Below are positions 1 to 9,455 of a stretch of 64,000 nt of DNA, piece after piece. This stretch comes from a virus (Duplodnaviria > Caudoviricetes). Each line of letters starts with the position of its first letter. Position 1 is the stretch's first letter. The DNA lies in the IMG/VR virus record IMGVR_UViG_3300035208_002115. The stretch is one strand, 5' to 3'. A program made the position numbers and the translations under genes. The notes below the pieces were generated by a model. It searched no databases. It was given only the letters and a program-made list of their open reading frames with translations, and was not told the DNA's origin.

Positions 1-1
1 T

Positions 2-766
2 TTTACTGATGAGGTTGATAATAAAGGAAAGAAATACATTCAAGCCCATAGATATCCAAATTATGGTGAAGAAGATGTCAGTCGAGACCAAATAACTGGA
101 GCATTATGTGGATTAAAAGTTAATGGAGATATTGATGATTTGAAACGAATCATAAAGGGATTAAAATGGAGAATATCCAAAAAATTCCAACTCACACCAG
201 ATACATGGATGTGGATGCAAGCTTTAAAAGGTAGTTTATTCTGGTCAATCATGTTTTGTTTCATCGATATGATATTTGTAGCACCTTGGTCAGTATTATA
301 TGATAAATTTTTATATAAATGGGCTGGTTTAATACAAGTGTCACCTGAAGAAAAGGTTGGTGAGATAAACGTAGAAACTAATAAAAAAAAGAAATTTGCT
401 ACGGATGTTCATTATCCAATGTATGCACGACATCTATTCGCATGGCAATTACACACTGTAAGAAATAATCCCTTTAAATGGGTATGTCAAAAATGTTTGT
501 TGATTGGATTACACGATTCTAACATTTTAATGAAACTATTAGCAGGGAAAAAGGTTAAATTATCAGACGTTTATCATTATAAAGCAATGACTGGTTTTCC
601 TTGGCAAAATATTTTTTTTAAATATAATTATAGTGCATGTGAAATAATTGAATTACATAAAGGGTATAAAGAACTTTATAATAATTCAGCTAATGTTTTG
701 GATAATGATGTTCTTTGGTATATGTATGAAAAATATCCAGAATTATTTATAAATGATATTGATTAA
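2..766 (+). CDS. Hypothetical protein, 5' end runs off the window
   Basis: The frame of ORF 140..766 is open back to position 2 (FTDEVDNKGKKYIQAHRYP...). Confidence 0.75.
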   Translation, partial: FTDEVDNKGKKYIQAHRYPNYGEEDVSRDQITGALCGLKVNGDIDDLKRIIKGLKWRISKKFQLTPDTWMWMQALKGSLFWSIMFCFIDMIFVAPWSVLYDKFLYKWAGLIQVSPEEKVGEINVETNKKKKFATDVHYPMYARHLFAWQLHTVRNNPFKWVCQKCLLIGLHDSNILMKLLAGKKVKLSDVYHYKAMTGFPWQNIFFKYNYSACEIIELHKGYKELYNNSANVLDNDVLWYMYEKYPELFINDID

Positions 767-768
767 AA

Positions 769-1194
769 ATGAAAATAAAATTTTTTAATAATTTTATTAA
801 TGAGAATAACCAGAGTCCAATTATATCTGATGCTGTTAAGCTGATGACAAAAAAATATAACGATGAATACGGTGTTTCATGTGATATAATAAATCAGGGT
901 GATTGTTCAAATTTTGCTGAAGAACTATATGATTATTTAAAAGAAACAGGTATTAATGGTGAGATATTAAGTGATGGTTTATTTTATGACCCATTTAATG
1001 ATGTAGAACCAGAGATGTTATTAGACGTGAATGAGTATGGGAATAAACCAATTGATTTTGAAAAAATTGGTCTACCTTCGCATTATTGGTATTATTACGA
1101 TAGAAAACATTATGACAGTGATACACCTGAAGGTGTAACAGATATGTTTGAATTACCAATTATTAAAAAATTCTATTTAAAATATAGAAAATAA
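769..1194 (+). CDS. Hypothetical protein with N-terminal capsid-targeting-like motif
   Basis: Starts MKIKFFNNFINE; acidic body. Confidence 0.7.
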   Translation: MKIKFFNNFINENNQSPIISDAVKLMTKKYNDEYGVSCDIINQGDCSNFAEELYDYLKETGINGEILSDGLFYDPFNDVEPEMLLDVNEYGNKPIDFEKIGLPSHYWYYYDRKHYDSDTPEGVTDMFELPIIKKFYLKYRK

Positions 1195-1198
1195 TAAA

Positions 1199-1396
1199 AT
1201 GTCTAAAAAGTCTAAAAATAAAAAAACTTTTAGCTTCGAAGATTATATAAAAGCTAATAGACGTGGTTCAAGAGAAGCAGAGCTTGAAGATTCTACGGGG
1301 TGGAATAGTGTACATAAAGCACACGCCACGCCAAAGGATTATAAAAGAAAGGGTAAACATAATAAACCGCTTCTGGATGAAGAAGATGAAGATTAA
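1199..1396 (+). CDS. Small basic protein, possible ArfA-like ribosome-binding factor
   Basis: C-terminal KDYKRKGKH resembles ArfA GSYxRKGKH. Confidence 0.4.
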   Translation: MSKKSKNKKTFSFEDYIKANRRGSREAELEDSTGWNSVHKAHATPKDYKRKGKHNKPLLDEEDED

Positions 1397-1427
1397 TTTT
1401 ATATTTATATTTTTTAAATTTTATATT

Positions 1428-1841
1428 ATGAAAAAGTTAGGTTATATTATTTTTACGTTGATATCATTATCATTTATGGTATCATGTGGGTTTTTTCAAC
1501 AAAATATCCATGAAATTTCAACTATTGATTCTAATAATTTTTATCAGGTTTTTGATAGTGCAAAATATCGTACACCAAAACCAGTGGCGTGTTCCGATTC
1601 TATTTATATATCTAAAGGGTCATTATACACAATTACCAAATTAAAAGCTGCTAATTTGGATTCTAACAATATGTCAGAATTATCTTTTAAATTATTTGTT
1701 ACTTATTCAAATTTAATAGAATCTATTATGATGAACAGTAAAGATTCAACTATTATTTTAGTTCACCATAAATATTGCTTAACTAACTATGAAATAATGG
1801 AGAATCTTGTTATGAACGGTGCAATTTTAGTAAGAAAATAA
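1428..1841 (+). CDS. Putative lipoprotein
   Basis: ATG at 1428 gives MKKLGYIIFTLISLSFMVSC, a signal peptide plus lipobox Cys. Confidence 0.7.
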   Translation: MKKLGYIIFTLISLSFMVSCGFFQQNIHEISTIDSNNFYQVFDSAKYRTPKPVACSDSIYISKGSLYTITKLKAANLDSNNMSELSFKLFVTYSNLIESIMMNSKDSTIILVHHKYCLTNYEIMENLVMNGAILVRK

Positions 1842-1879
1842 ATTTTTACTGAATGTGTATTTAATATAGAATAAATAAT

Positions 1880-1887
1880 TATATTTG
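1880..1887 (+). promoter_or_regulatory. Bacteroidota-type -7 promoter element (TAnnTTTG)
   Basis: Intergenic TATATTTG. Confidence 0.4.
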
Positions 1888-1933
1888 TTGAGTGATATTT
1901 TAAATATCCGCATATTGTATATTTTTGGTTTGT

Positions 1934-1965
1934 AAACCAGCTTTCGAAATGGAGCTGGTTTATTT
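1934..1965. terminator. Bidirectional intrinsic terminator
   Basis: AAACCAGCT...AGCTGGTTT hairpin between convergent genes. Confidence 0.75.
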
Positions 1966-2497
1966 AATTAAAGTTGCGATGCTTCTTAAAAACTTCGTAG
2001 GCAGCATTTAACTTCTGAAAATTTCTTTTGGATATTTCTTGATTTTCTACTGTATCGATTGACCATTTATCTGGATGCCAAATGGTAGCAAATTTTCTAT
2101 AAGTTTTTTTAATATCTTCAATAGTACATTCAGGTTTTAATTTAAATAATTGATATGCTTCGGCTAAGTTATCTCTTGTACGAGGTGTTAATATTTGTTG
2201 TTGATAATGATATTTATATTTATTCTCCATATCATTAAACATATCTTTAATAAACTTCTGGTAATACTCTTTATTGTATTGATACTGTTTATTATTTCTA
2301 AGTTCTTGTAATCTTTTATTGGAGTAATATTCGACAATATTGCCAATTAAAGAAGCCAACTGTATGAAAAAAAATACAAATAAACATATTGTAGTAAAAT
2401 GATTACTACTATAATAAAAAGATATTAAAAATATAACAGACCATATAGAATTTTTAATTATTTTCCTTCTTATTGTAAGTAGTGTGTTTTTATCCAT
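1964..2497 (-). CDS. Membrane-anchored DnaJ (J-domain) protein
   Basis: Two N-terminal hydrophobic segments; C-terminal J-domain with WHPDK and FQKLNAAYE. Confidence 0.85.
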   Translation of the reverse strand: MDKNTLLTIRRKIIKNSIWSVIFLISFYYSSNHFTTICLFVFFFIQLASLIGNIVEYYSNKRLQELRNNKQYQYNKEYYQKFIKDMFNDMENKYKYHYQQQILTPRTRDNLAEAYQLFKLKPECTIEDIKKTYRKFATIWHPDKWSIDTVENQEISKRNFQKLNAAYEVFKKHRNFN

Positions 2498-2560
2498 AGT
2501 ATTTTTAATTATTAGACAAATATATCTAAAAAATAAAAATATAAAAAATTAAATATAATA

Positions 2561-3196
2561 TTAACTTAAAATATCGTTAATTTTAAGGTCTCTTATTAAG
2601 ATAGATAATTCTTTCTGTATTTCTTTATCATGTATTGACCTTATTATTTCATATAATTTATTTACTTCATATGAATGACCATGTTTTGAATACAAATATT
2701 CAGATACTTTCTTAACGAGTAAACCTCGTTCGGTATAATTGTTTTTTGATTCGATAGTTTTTATAACATGACAAGTCCTATCTTCATCATCATTCACATA
2801 CAATGAAATAGTAGCATTAATCAAAACATTTGTACTTAATTTGTAATCATCGTGTACAATAACCTTATCAATAAATTTATAATCAACAAGTGTTGCTGGT
2901 ATTGCTAAGACTGATGTAGTATTATAAAAAGTTGACGGCTTATGTGAGAAGTTAGATGATACAAATGGATAATATACACCTTTTAAGAATGATGAATTTA
3001 TGCGTTTTTTATAATATATAATATCACAACCAAAATGATAACTTTTAACCATTTGTAAATCGTTATCTTCGTCTGAATTTTTAACGTACAAATATTTATA
3101 ATCATTATTAAAAATTATTTCACCAGTAACTGGGTCAAATATTATAATGGTATAAAATCGGTATTTATCGTTTAGTTTATTGAATTTGATAATCAC
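2561..3196 (-). CDS. Hypothetical protein with C-terminal RxxKIxxIL tail
   Basis: Ends IRDLKINDILS. Confidence 0.7.
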   Translation of the reverse strand: MIIKFNKLNDKYRFYTIIIFDPVTGEIIFNNDYKYLYVKNSDEDNDLQMVKSYHFGCDIIYYKKRINSSFLKGVYYPFVSSNFSHKPSTFYNTTSVLAIPATLVDYKFIDKVIVHDDYKLSTNVLINATISLYVNDDEDRTCHVIKTIESKNNYTERGLLVKKVSEYLYSKHGHSYEVNKLYEIIRSIHDKEIQKELSILIRDLKINDILS

Positions 3197-3202
3197 ATTT
3201 AA

Positions 3203-3379
3203 TCATGAGGGGGCATTACATTTAGCATTGGGGTCTTTTCGACCATGACCATATTTACATTCTTCACAGGTTAAAATAGATTCGTATTCACAATCGAATT
3301 CGTATCCCCATGATGTCCAATATTTATATCCTTTACAATTTGGATTTGTACTGGTAAATTCTGGTGAAAATATACTCAT
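3203..3379 (-). CDS. Small Cys-rich protein (58 aa, below ORF-track cutoff)
   Basis: Hand translation MSIFSPEFTSTNPNCKGYKYWTSWGYEFDCEYESILTCEECKYGHGRKDPNAKCNAPS; fills the gap between co-oriented genes. Confidence 0.65.
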   Translation of the reverse strand: MSIFSPEFTSTNPNCKGYKYWTSWGYEFDCEYESILTCEECKYGHGRKDPNAKCNAPS

Positions 3380-3427
3380 ATCAAAAGCTTTGTGATATGT
3401 ATAGTTTAAAAAAGTGAAAAGGTCGAA

Positions 3428-3721
3428 TTATTTTTCGTCTTTTTCTTTAATATTTTGAATAGTTTTTAATGCTGAGTCTAATACATTGTCAGACTTATCT
3501 ATATTGGCTGCAAACGCTAACATACTTGTAGCTTCTTTTCTATCCCCCACCTTTTTTAATAAATCGGATGCTAATTTTTTACCAGACGTATAAACATCAG
3601 TTATCTTTTTATCTTCTGGGATACCAAGAATTTTATGCATTTTACCTTTTTTAGGTTCAACATCTGCTGTCCATTTTTCTTCATTAATAAATAAATCAAA
3701 TGTTTTAACAATTCTGTTCAT
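3428..3721 (-). CDS. Hypothetical protein with capsid-targeting-like N-terminus
   Basis: MNRIVKTFDLFINE; TTAATATATA upstream at 3741-3750 (minus). Confidence 0.7.
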   Translation of the reverse strand: MNRIVKTFDLFINEEKWTADVEPKKGKMHKILGIPEDKKITDVYTSGKKLASDLLKKVGDRKEATSMLAFAANIDKSDNVLDSALKTIQNIKEKDEK

Positions 3722-3767
3722 TTTATATTTTTATTTTAGGTATATATTAAATATCAATTTTTCTATA

Positions 3768-4742
3768 TTATTTAAACCATTTTTTCCTTATATCATATTT
3801 ACCAGTATCATTCTTCTTTAAATTATATTTGATAACAGCATTTTCACTATTCAATTCAGAAAGAGATTTTTTACTACCGTCTTCTTTCAAATCAAAATTA
3901 TAACCCATTTCCCACCATTTTTTCATCATAACTGGGTCAAAAACAACTGTACCAGCACCCACATTAAAATTATCTGGAAGATAATAATAATTTATATTTA
4001 TATTTTTAAGTTCTCCTTCTATTTTTCCTAAGTGTACATCATCTCGTGTAACACCCAATGATAATATATCTAAAATTCTAAACATAACATTAAAAATATT
4101 TTTAGATTTCCATTTAGACATATCCTTATTTTTTTCAGATAAAATAACAACATCTATTTCTTCAGCTCCCAAATCTATGGCTCTTTGTATGGGGACATTA
4201 TCAAAAATTCCACCGTCTAAATATTCAAAACCATTTTTTTTAAATACTTCAAATGCAATAGGTACAGAACAAGAAGCTAACATCCAATCGCAGAAATCTT
4301 CATAATTACATTCTTTTTGAGATTTATATTCTGAATTAGCGGTGGTCACGTTACCAACTGTAATATTGATTAGTTTATTCATTTCAATAGATTTATTATA
4401 ATCTTCTTTGGTGAAAATATTTTCAATATTTTTTCTTAAATTTTTTCCTTGCCCTATTGAGGTTTTCCCTGTAATTACACGCATTAAAAGATTAAATATT
4501 CTAACTTTTCCATTTTGTTTAAATGGCCTGATATTAAAAATATCTTTATTTGAAACATTTGTATATTTTTCTTTTAATTTGTCAATTGATTTAATAGAGA
4601 TAAGTGGGACTAATAAACTACCAGTAGATGTTCCAATAAAAATTTCCCATTCTTTGTTTTTTAGTTTCATTAAATTTTCGACCAAACCACCACCAAATGC
4701 TCCACGACTACCGCCCCCCGACACTACTAATGCCTTTTTCAT
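3768..4742 (-). CDS. Patatin-like phospholipase
   Basis: GGGSRG oxyanion loop, GTSTG nucleophile, DGG motif. Confidence 0.92.
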   Translation of the reverse strand: MKKALVVSGGGSRGAFGGGLVENLMKLKNKEWEIFIGTSTGSLLVPLISIKSIDKLKEKYTNVSNKDIFNIRPFKQNGKVRIFNLLMRVITGKTSIGQGKNLRKNIENIFTKEDYNKSIEMNKLINITVGNVTTANSEYKSQKECNYEDFCDWMLASCSVPIAFEVFKKNGFEYLDGGIFDNVPIQRAIDLGAEEIDVVILSEKNKDMSKWKSKNIFNVMFRILDILSLGVTRDDVHLGKIEGELKNININYYYLPDNFNVGAGTVVFDPVMMKKWWEMGYNFDLKEDGSKKSLSELNSENAVIKYNLKKNDTGKYDIRKKWFK

Positions 4743-4751
4743 AAATAAGAA

Positions 4752-4865
4752 TTAATTTTTATTTGTGTTAATTATAACAGTATTACAAACATTACATATC
4801 ATACAGTCACAAGTATCTGGCATATATAATACTTCACCGCAAGAACAAACAACCGTGTTTTTCAT
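4752..4865 (-). CDS. Small zinc-ribbon protein (37 aa)
   Basis: MKNTVVCSCGEVLYMPDTCDCMICNVCNTVIINTNKN, directly upstream of patatin. Confidence 0.55.
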   Translation of the reverse strand: MKNTVVCSCGEVLYMPDTCDCMICNVCNTVIINTNKN

Positions 4866-4904
4866 AATAAATTTTTAATTTTATATATAAATAAACATAA
4901 AATG

Positions 4905-4930
4905 AAAAAGAGGCTTTTGGCCTCTTTTTT
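4905..4930. terminator. Intrinsic terminator
   Basis: AAAAAGAGGC-TTTTG-GCCTCTTTTTT. Confidence 0.8.
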
Positions 4931-4950
4931 CAATAAAATTATTTTTATTT

Positions 4951-5526
4951 TTATTCCACAGCTAATCGAGTAGTCCAACAAAGTTTTTGATTATCCAAAA
5001 TCATAATGTTTTGTACCACTATATATAAAAATATTTTTTTATTTTCATTTTCTTCAACAAGTTTATTTATATATTCAGCAGTAATCGAGCAGATATATTT
5101 TTCTATTCCATCTAAATCCTCTAAAGAAAAATTAGTATTTTTGTCTTTAAACGATTCGTCTGGGTCTCTTAATATTTCTGATAATTGTCGGGTAAAGTAA
5201 ATATTACCAGCTCTAATATTCTTATCATAGTATGAGTATAATGGAGCATTGACTATAATTATATTTTTAAAATTATTTATTTCTTTAAGAATTTTCAATG
5301 ACACTGGAAGTGTTGTTGAATTTAGTCTACTCTCATCTGATAGTTGGTCAAACGTGGTCATACCACCACCTACACTTTCTGATATATCATGATAGTGTGC
5401 GTATAAACACATTTTTTCTTTTTTTGTTAATTTTTCAACATCTATCTCTGGGTCACTATTCAATTCATCGATTATAGGTGACCATTTTTTAAAAACATTT
5501 AGTAATTCAGATATTTTCATTTTCAT
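4951..5526 (-). CDS. Hypothetical protein resembling the N-terminus of a gp23-type major capsid protein
   Basis: KKWSPIIDE ... YAHYH ... LPVSLKIL. Confidence 0.4.
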   Translation of the reverse strand: MKMKISELLNVFKKWSPIIDELNSDPEIDVEKLTKKEKMCLYAHYHDISESVGGGMTTFDQLSDESRLNSTTLPVSLKILKEINNFKNIIIVNAPLYSYYDKNIRAGNIYFTRQLSEILRDPDESFKDKNTNFSLEDLDGIEKYICSITAEYINKLVEENENKKIFLYIVVQNIMILDNQKLCWTTRLAVE

Positions 5527-6647
5527 TATTTTATTTTATAATACGCCCTTAACATTTTTTTAGCTGTATCAAGATTCATTGCCAGTAAACGTTTATTACC
5601 TCTACGCTCAATAATTTTTAAGTAAGTAGTCATTTTAAAGAAACGTTCCAAATCATAATTAGAAGATTTTAAATCACTCAATTTTGCAATTTCTTGAATC
5701 GCTGCTGCTGTTGGAAGTTCATCGTTAATATCCATCCCCTCAAAAAATATATCCATCATTTTATCATACATCATCCATTTCTTAAATGTTGGTGTATCCA
5801 TCACTTCAGTTCGATATTCTGCCAGTATCTTACAATTAAAGAACTGTGTGAAATATATACCAAATAATATAAACGATTCAATAATAAATGATAACAATAT
5901 AAAAATTAAAACATTATATTTATTTTCCGATTTAAAAGAGTCTAATTTTGTTTGTTCAGCTTGTGTTATACCAGCAATTTTAACATCTCGCTGGTCTTCA
6001 TAATACCTTATATTTTCTAAATTTTTATCAATTTTTATATTATTTTGTTTAATAAGGTCACCATACATTCGAGCATACTTTTCTTTTGAAATTTCAGCAT
6101 ACTGATTATTTTGGTCAGTCAACTTTTTATTTTCTTCCTGAAGTGCATTAATATAAGTTGTCATATAATAAGCATTAATAGAGTCAGCCTTATTGTTGAC
6201 AACGACTTCGGTTTGTGTTGTCACGGTTTTTTCTCTATTTATAAATTCTTGCGCCCCATTTAGTGATAAATAAAAAGAAATAATAATTACAGCAAATACT
6301 CCAACTACTAATATAGAACTTGTTTTTTTCTCATCATCAGTTCGTGATTGAATTAAATCGATTGAAAACTGTCTGAATATATATCTTTTTAATAATTCAA
6401 AAAATGATAGAAATACAACAACTAAAAAACTCATTAATAACATTCCACTTCCAGCCGTAACAATACCCATGAATAACTCACGTACAAAAAAGTAAGCTAA
6501 AAACACGGATATACTATTACCAAACCATGAAAAATAATACAACAATTTTTGAGCAGCACCAAATCTCTCACCATAACTTTGGCGCAGTGTATTTTTTTCA
6601 AGTCTTAAAAACTCATCATGTGATAAAAATCCCCTTTTTGTTGACAT
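5526..6647 (-). CDS. Multi-pass membrane protein with coiled-coil region
   Basis: Four hydrophobic segments flanking an N/Q/K-rich helical region. Confidence 0.7.
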   Translation of the reverse strand: MSTKRGFLSHDEFLRLEKNTLRQSYGERFGAAQKLLYYFSWFGNSISVFLAYFFVRELFMGIVTAGSGMLLMSFLVVVFLSFFELLKRYIFRQFSIDLIQSRTDDEKKTSSILVVGVFAVIIISFYLSLNGAQEFINREKTVTTQTEVVVNNKADSINAYYMTTYINALQEENKKLTDQNNQYAEISKEKYARMYGDLIKQNNIKIDKNLENIRYYEDQRDVKIAGITQAEQTKLDSFKSENKYNVLIFILLSFIIESFILFGIYFTQFFNCKILAEYRTEVMDTPTFKKWMMYDKMMDIFFEGMDINDELPTAAAIQEIAKLSDLKSSNYDLERFFKMTTYLKIIERRGNKRLLAMNLDTAKKMLRAYYKIK

Positions 6648-6663
6648 TTTATATTTTTATTTT

Positions 6664-7542
6664 TTACAGTATGTTTTTAATTTTAGCCATTCGAGACAAA
6701 TTCTTTATACTCTTTTCATCTGAAATATTTATTCGTCTAAACCCTTTATAAGAAACACTCCCATTGTCTATTATCATATATCTATTTTCATCCACAAACA
6801 AAGCATCAATATCCATATCAATATTAAATTTGAAGAAACTGCCTATATTTGTTTCGAAATATTTTTCGATACTAATTGATTCAAATTCTCTTTTTTTAAC
6901 ATTTGCGAATATCAGACAATCAGTTTTATAAAAAACCAAAAAATCGCCAAAATATTCTATTAAAGCTTTATAAATGTATTGGTTATAAAGATTTAACACA
7001 TTTAAACCATTAAAGTCACACTGGTATATATTAATTTTCTTATTATAATAAAGAACAAATAGATAGTTTATAAAATCTTTGATTAATTTGAAATTATCCG
7101 ACTTTTGTAAATAATCAATATGTTCTAATATATTGTGTATTATAATACCAAAACATTCATCATCAAAAATTATTTTATCATTTAACCAAAATGTATTTAA
7201 TATGTTTGGATATAATAAATCAATATCCATTTTATTAGAATTAACTATTCTATTCTCATAAACCTTATTTAAGTAAACAATATTTTTTTTATCATTCACA
7301 ACTTCCATATTGGATATAGTCTGTAAAAATTTATCATAAATGAAATCAAAATATTTTGTTTTTCGAGTTTCTTTATAATCAGAAATCTGATATGATGACA
7401 CCGACACATGGGCTAATAATTCCTTACGAATATTATACCATGTATCGTAATCTATTTTTATATCATCTTCCAAGTGTTCAAAAACCGATAATATAACATC
7501 TATTATGTGCTTTTTACTGTCCATTACTCTTTTTAAATCCAA
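6664..7542 (-). CDS. Degenerate family-B DNA polymerase palm-like protein with RxxKIxxIL tail
   Basis: DIDLLYPNI (motif A), KDFINYLF (motif B-like), YKTDC (degenerate motif C); ends SRMAKIKNIL. Confidence 0.6.
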   Translation of the reverse strand: MDLKRVMDSKKHIIDVILSVFEHLEDDIKIDYDTWYNIRKELLAHVSVSSYQISDYKETRKTKYFDFIYDKFLQTISNMEVVNDKKNIVYLNKVYENRIVNSNKMDIDLLYPNILNTFWLNDKIIFDDECFGIIIHNILEHIDYLQKSDNFKLIKDFINYLFVLYYNKKINIYQCDFNGLNVLNLYNQYIYKALIEYFGDFLVFYKTDCLIFANVKKREFESISIEKYFETNIGSFFKFNIDMDIDALFVDENRYMIIDNGSVSYKGFRRINISDEKSIKNLSRMAKIKNIL

Positions 7543-8698
7543 TAGGTTCGATGCTACTTTTGTTTAATTCGTTGGCTTCAACTAAATCAGTTGATTCCGA
7601 ATTGAATATTTCAGCAAGAGAAACATCTTTTTTAAATTCCATAATTATATTATTTTTTTCAGCTACTAAACTGGCTTCCTTGGGTGTTAATTTTCTAAAC
7701 ATATGATTTACTCTTAATCTTCCTTTTCTTGTTAAAGCCTCATCTATAATTTTTTTAGCCACATTGAAGGTTGCTATTATTTGAATATCTATGGCATCAT
7801 TAAGTAAACCATCACTCATATTAAGTATATTAGAAACGGCCTGATTTCTATCCTGTTGACTTAATCCAAGAACATTTTCAGCATCTTCCAGAATTAATAT
7901 AGAATCTTTAAATTGAGATATAAATGAAATTAAATCTGGGTTTGCTAATTCGTACATAAGATATGAAGGTATATAAATGAATGTTTTATCTTCACTTAAT
8001 TCTGATATTATTCTACGAATATATGTAGTCTTACCAACACCTGAATCACCATGAAATAAATAAAGACCTTTAGAAGATTTTCTCATATCATCAACTATCT
8101 TCTTGTGTTTCTTAGAAAATCCTTCACCATAATTTAAATCCAAATCAACATCTATTTTTCTAATATATGAACCTCTCAGTTCATATCCACCCATACTGTT
8201 TATTGATATAATAAAAAATTGATTCTTAATACTTGGGAAGTGAATCAATTTTTTAATTTCGGGTATTAAAGTTTCAGTTACAAATTTTGTATTTGTATTA
8301 GTATAATAAATTTTTAATGAATTTATTTTATTACTTTTTTCCGATTCTGCTACTAATTCTAAGAAATCGTTATCATCTAAATTTTTTTCTTCATCAAAGA
8401 ATGATAAATACACACCTTCAGTTTCCAGATATATTAAATATCTGTGTGTCTTCTGTTCTCTGTTTTTTAAATCGACTGTGAAATCTGTTGATATATGAAC
8501 ATTTTCATTTGTTATTTTATATGTCTCATTTAAATACGCCCAGAAATTTGCTGAATAAATTTCGTGAAGTATATTATAACAATTTGGTAGACGATTGAAA
8601 TCCATAGCAATTAATGTATATTCATTATCTACACTGGTTTGTGATACATTAAAAATGTTAATCTTAGTACGTAAATCGAAATTTTTTAATAAACCCAT
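7514..8698 (-). CDS. AAA+ ATPase
   Basis: Walker A GDSGVGKT, Walker B LILEDAE, ALTRKGR arginine finger, IGF near the C-terminus. Confidence 0.9.
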   Translation of the reverse strand: MGLLKNFDLRTKINIFNVSQTSVDNEYTLIAMDFNRLPNCYNILHEIYSANFWAYLNETYKITNENVHISTDFTVDLKNREQKTHRYLIYLETEGVYLSFFDEEKNLDDNDFLELVAESEKSNKINSLKIYYTNTNTKFVTETLIPEIKKLIHFPSIKNQFFIISINSMGGYELRGSYIRKIDVDLDLNYGEGFSKKHKKIVDDMRKSSKGLYLFHGDSGVGKTTYIRRIISELSEDKTFIYIPSYLMYELANPDLISFISQFKDSILILEDAENVLGLSQQDRNQAVSNILNMSDGLLNDAIDIQIIATFNVAKKIIDEALTRKGRLRVNHMFRKLTPKEASLVAEKNNIIMEFKKDVSLAEIFNSESTDLVEANELNKSSIEPIGFKKSNGQ

Positions 8699-8729
8699 AA
8701 AATTATTCTTTGTTTTTATTTATATATTT

Positions 8730-9398
8730 TTAGTATCGGGTTCTAAGTAAAGAAATAATATCCCATGCATCAGAAAGTGCATTATGTTTTACTTCACCTT
8801 CAATTTTAGCTCTTTCTTTACATCTCGATAAAGATGGGACTTCCATATCATTCTTCCAATCAATAAAATATAACGCTGGGTCTATTGCTCTATGTGAAAT
8901 ATTCATAAATTTATTCCACTGTGGTAATTTCTTTAATAATGGAATATCTTTTGAGAATAAATTCTTACCAGCCAATATTAAATTGAAAGGTGGTATTCCT
9001 TTTTGGTTTATATCGGGAATCATTTTATCCTCAACTCTTTTAATATACTGTAAATTAAGCAATTCCATATTTTTAGATAATGGGTAATTGTTTAAAAACA
9101 AAAATTCCCACATTTTCCCTGCTATTTCATAATCGTTTAAGATATCGTGTTCTTTACGATAATCATTTACATTTTCTGCTCGTTCTAAACCAGCTAAAAC
9201 TTTTAGTATATTAGCATTCATACTTAATGCTGCTGGTGACCCAATAATTGTTTTGTAGTTAATTAAACAATGAAACTTTGGACATTCTTCATAAGATAAT
9301 TTTTTAGTTGTATCTTCTAAGATGATTCCAATTTCTAATAATTGAGCTTCCTCTAATTCCAAAGAAGTAAACTCAGTGTCTATTGATAAATATTTCAT
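8730..9398 (-). CDS. DEDDh 3'-5' exonuclease
   Basis: SIDTEFT (ExoI) and HNALSDA (ExoIII). Confidence 0.85.
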   Translation of the reverse strand: MKYLSIDTEFTSLELEEAQLLEIGIILEDTTKKLSYEECPKFHCLINYKTIIGSPAALSMNANILKVLAGLERAENVNDYRKEHDILNDYEIAGKMWEFLFLNNYPLSKNMELLNLQYIKRVEDKMIPDINQKGIPPFNLILAGKNLFSKDIPLLKKLPQWNKFMNISHRAIDPALYFIDWKNDMEVPSLSRCKERAKIEGEVKHNALSDAWDIISLLRTRY

Positions 9399-9414
9399 AT
9401 AAAATGTTTTCTTT

Positions 9415-9441
9415 TTATATTAAAAATAAATGTCTTTGTTT
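9415..9441 (-). promoter_or_regulatory. Putative phage middle promoter AAAC-N18-TATAA
   Basis: Exact 18-nt spacing, recurring at several loci. Confidence 0.6.
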
Positions 9442-9450
9442 TAATATATA
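9441..9450 (+). promoter_or_regulatory. Putative late promoter TTAATATATA
   Basis: Motif recurs upstream of many genes. Confidence 0.6.
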
Positions 9451-9455
9451 GATAC

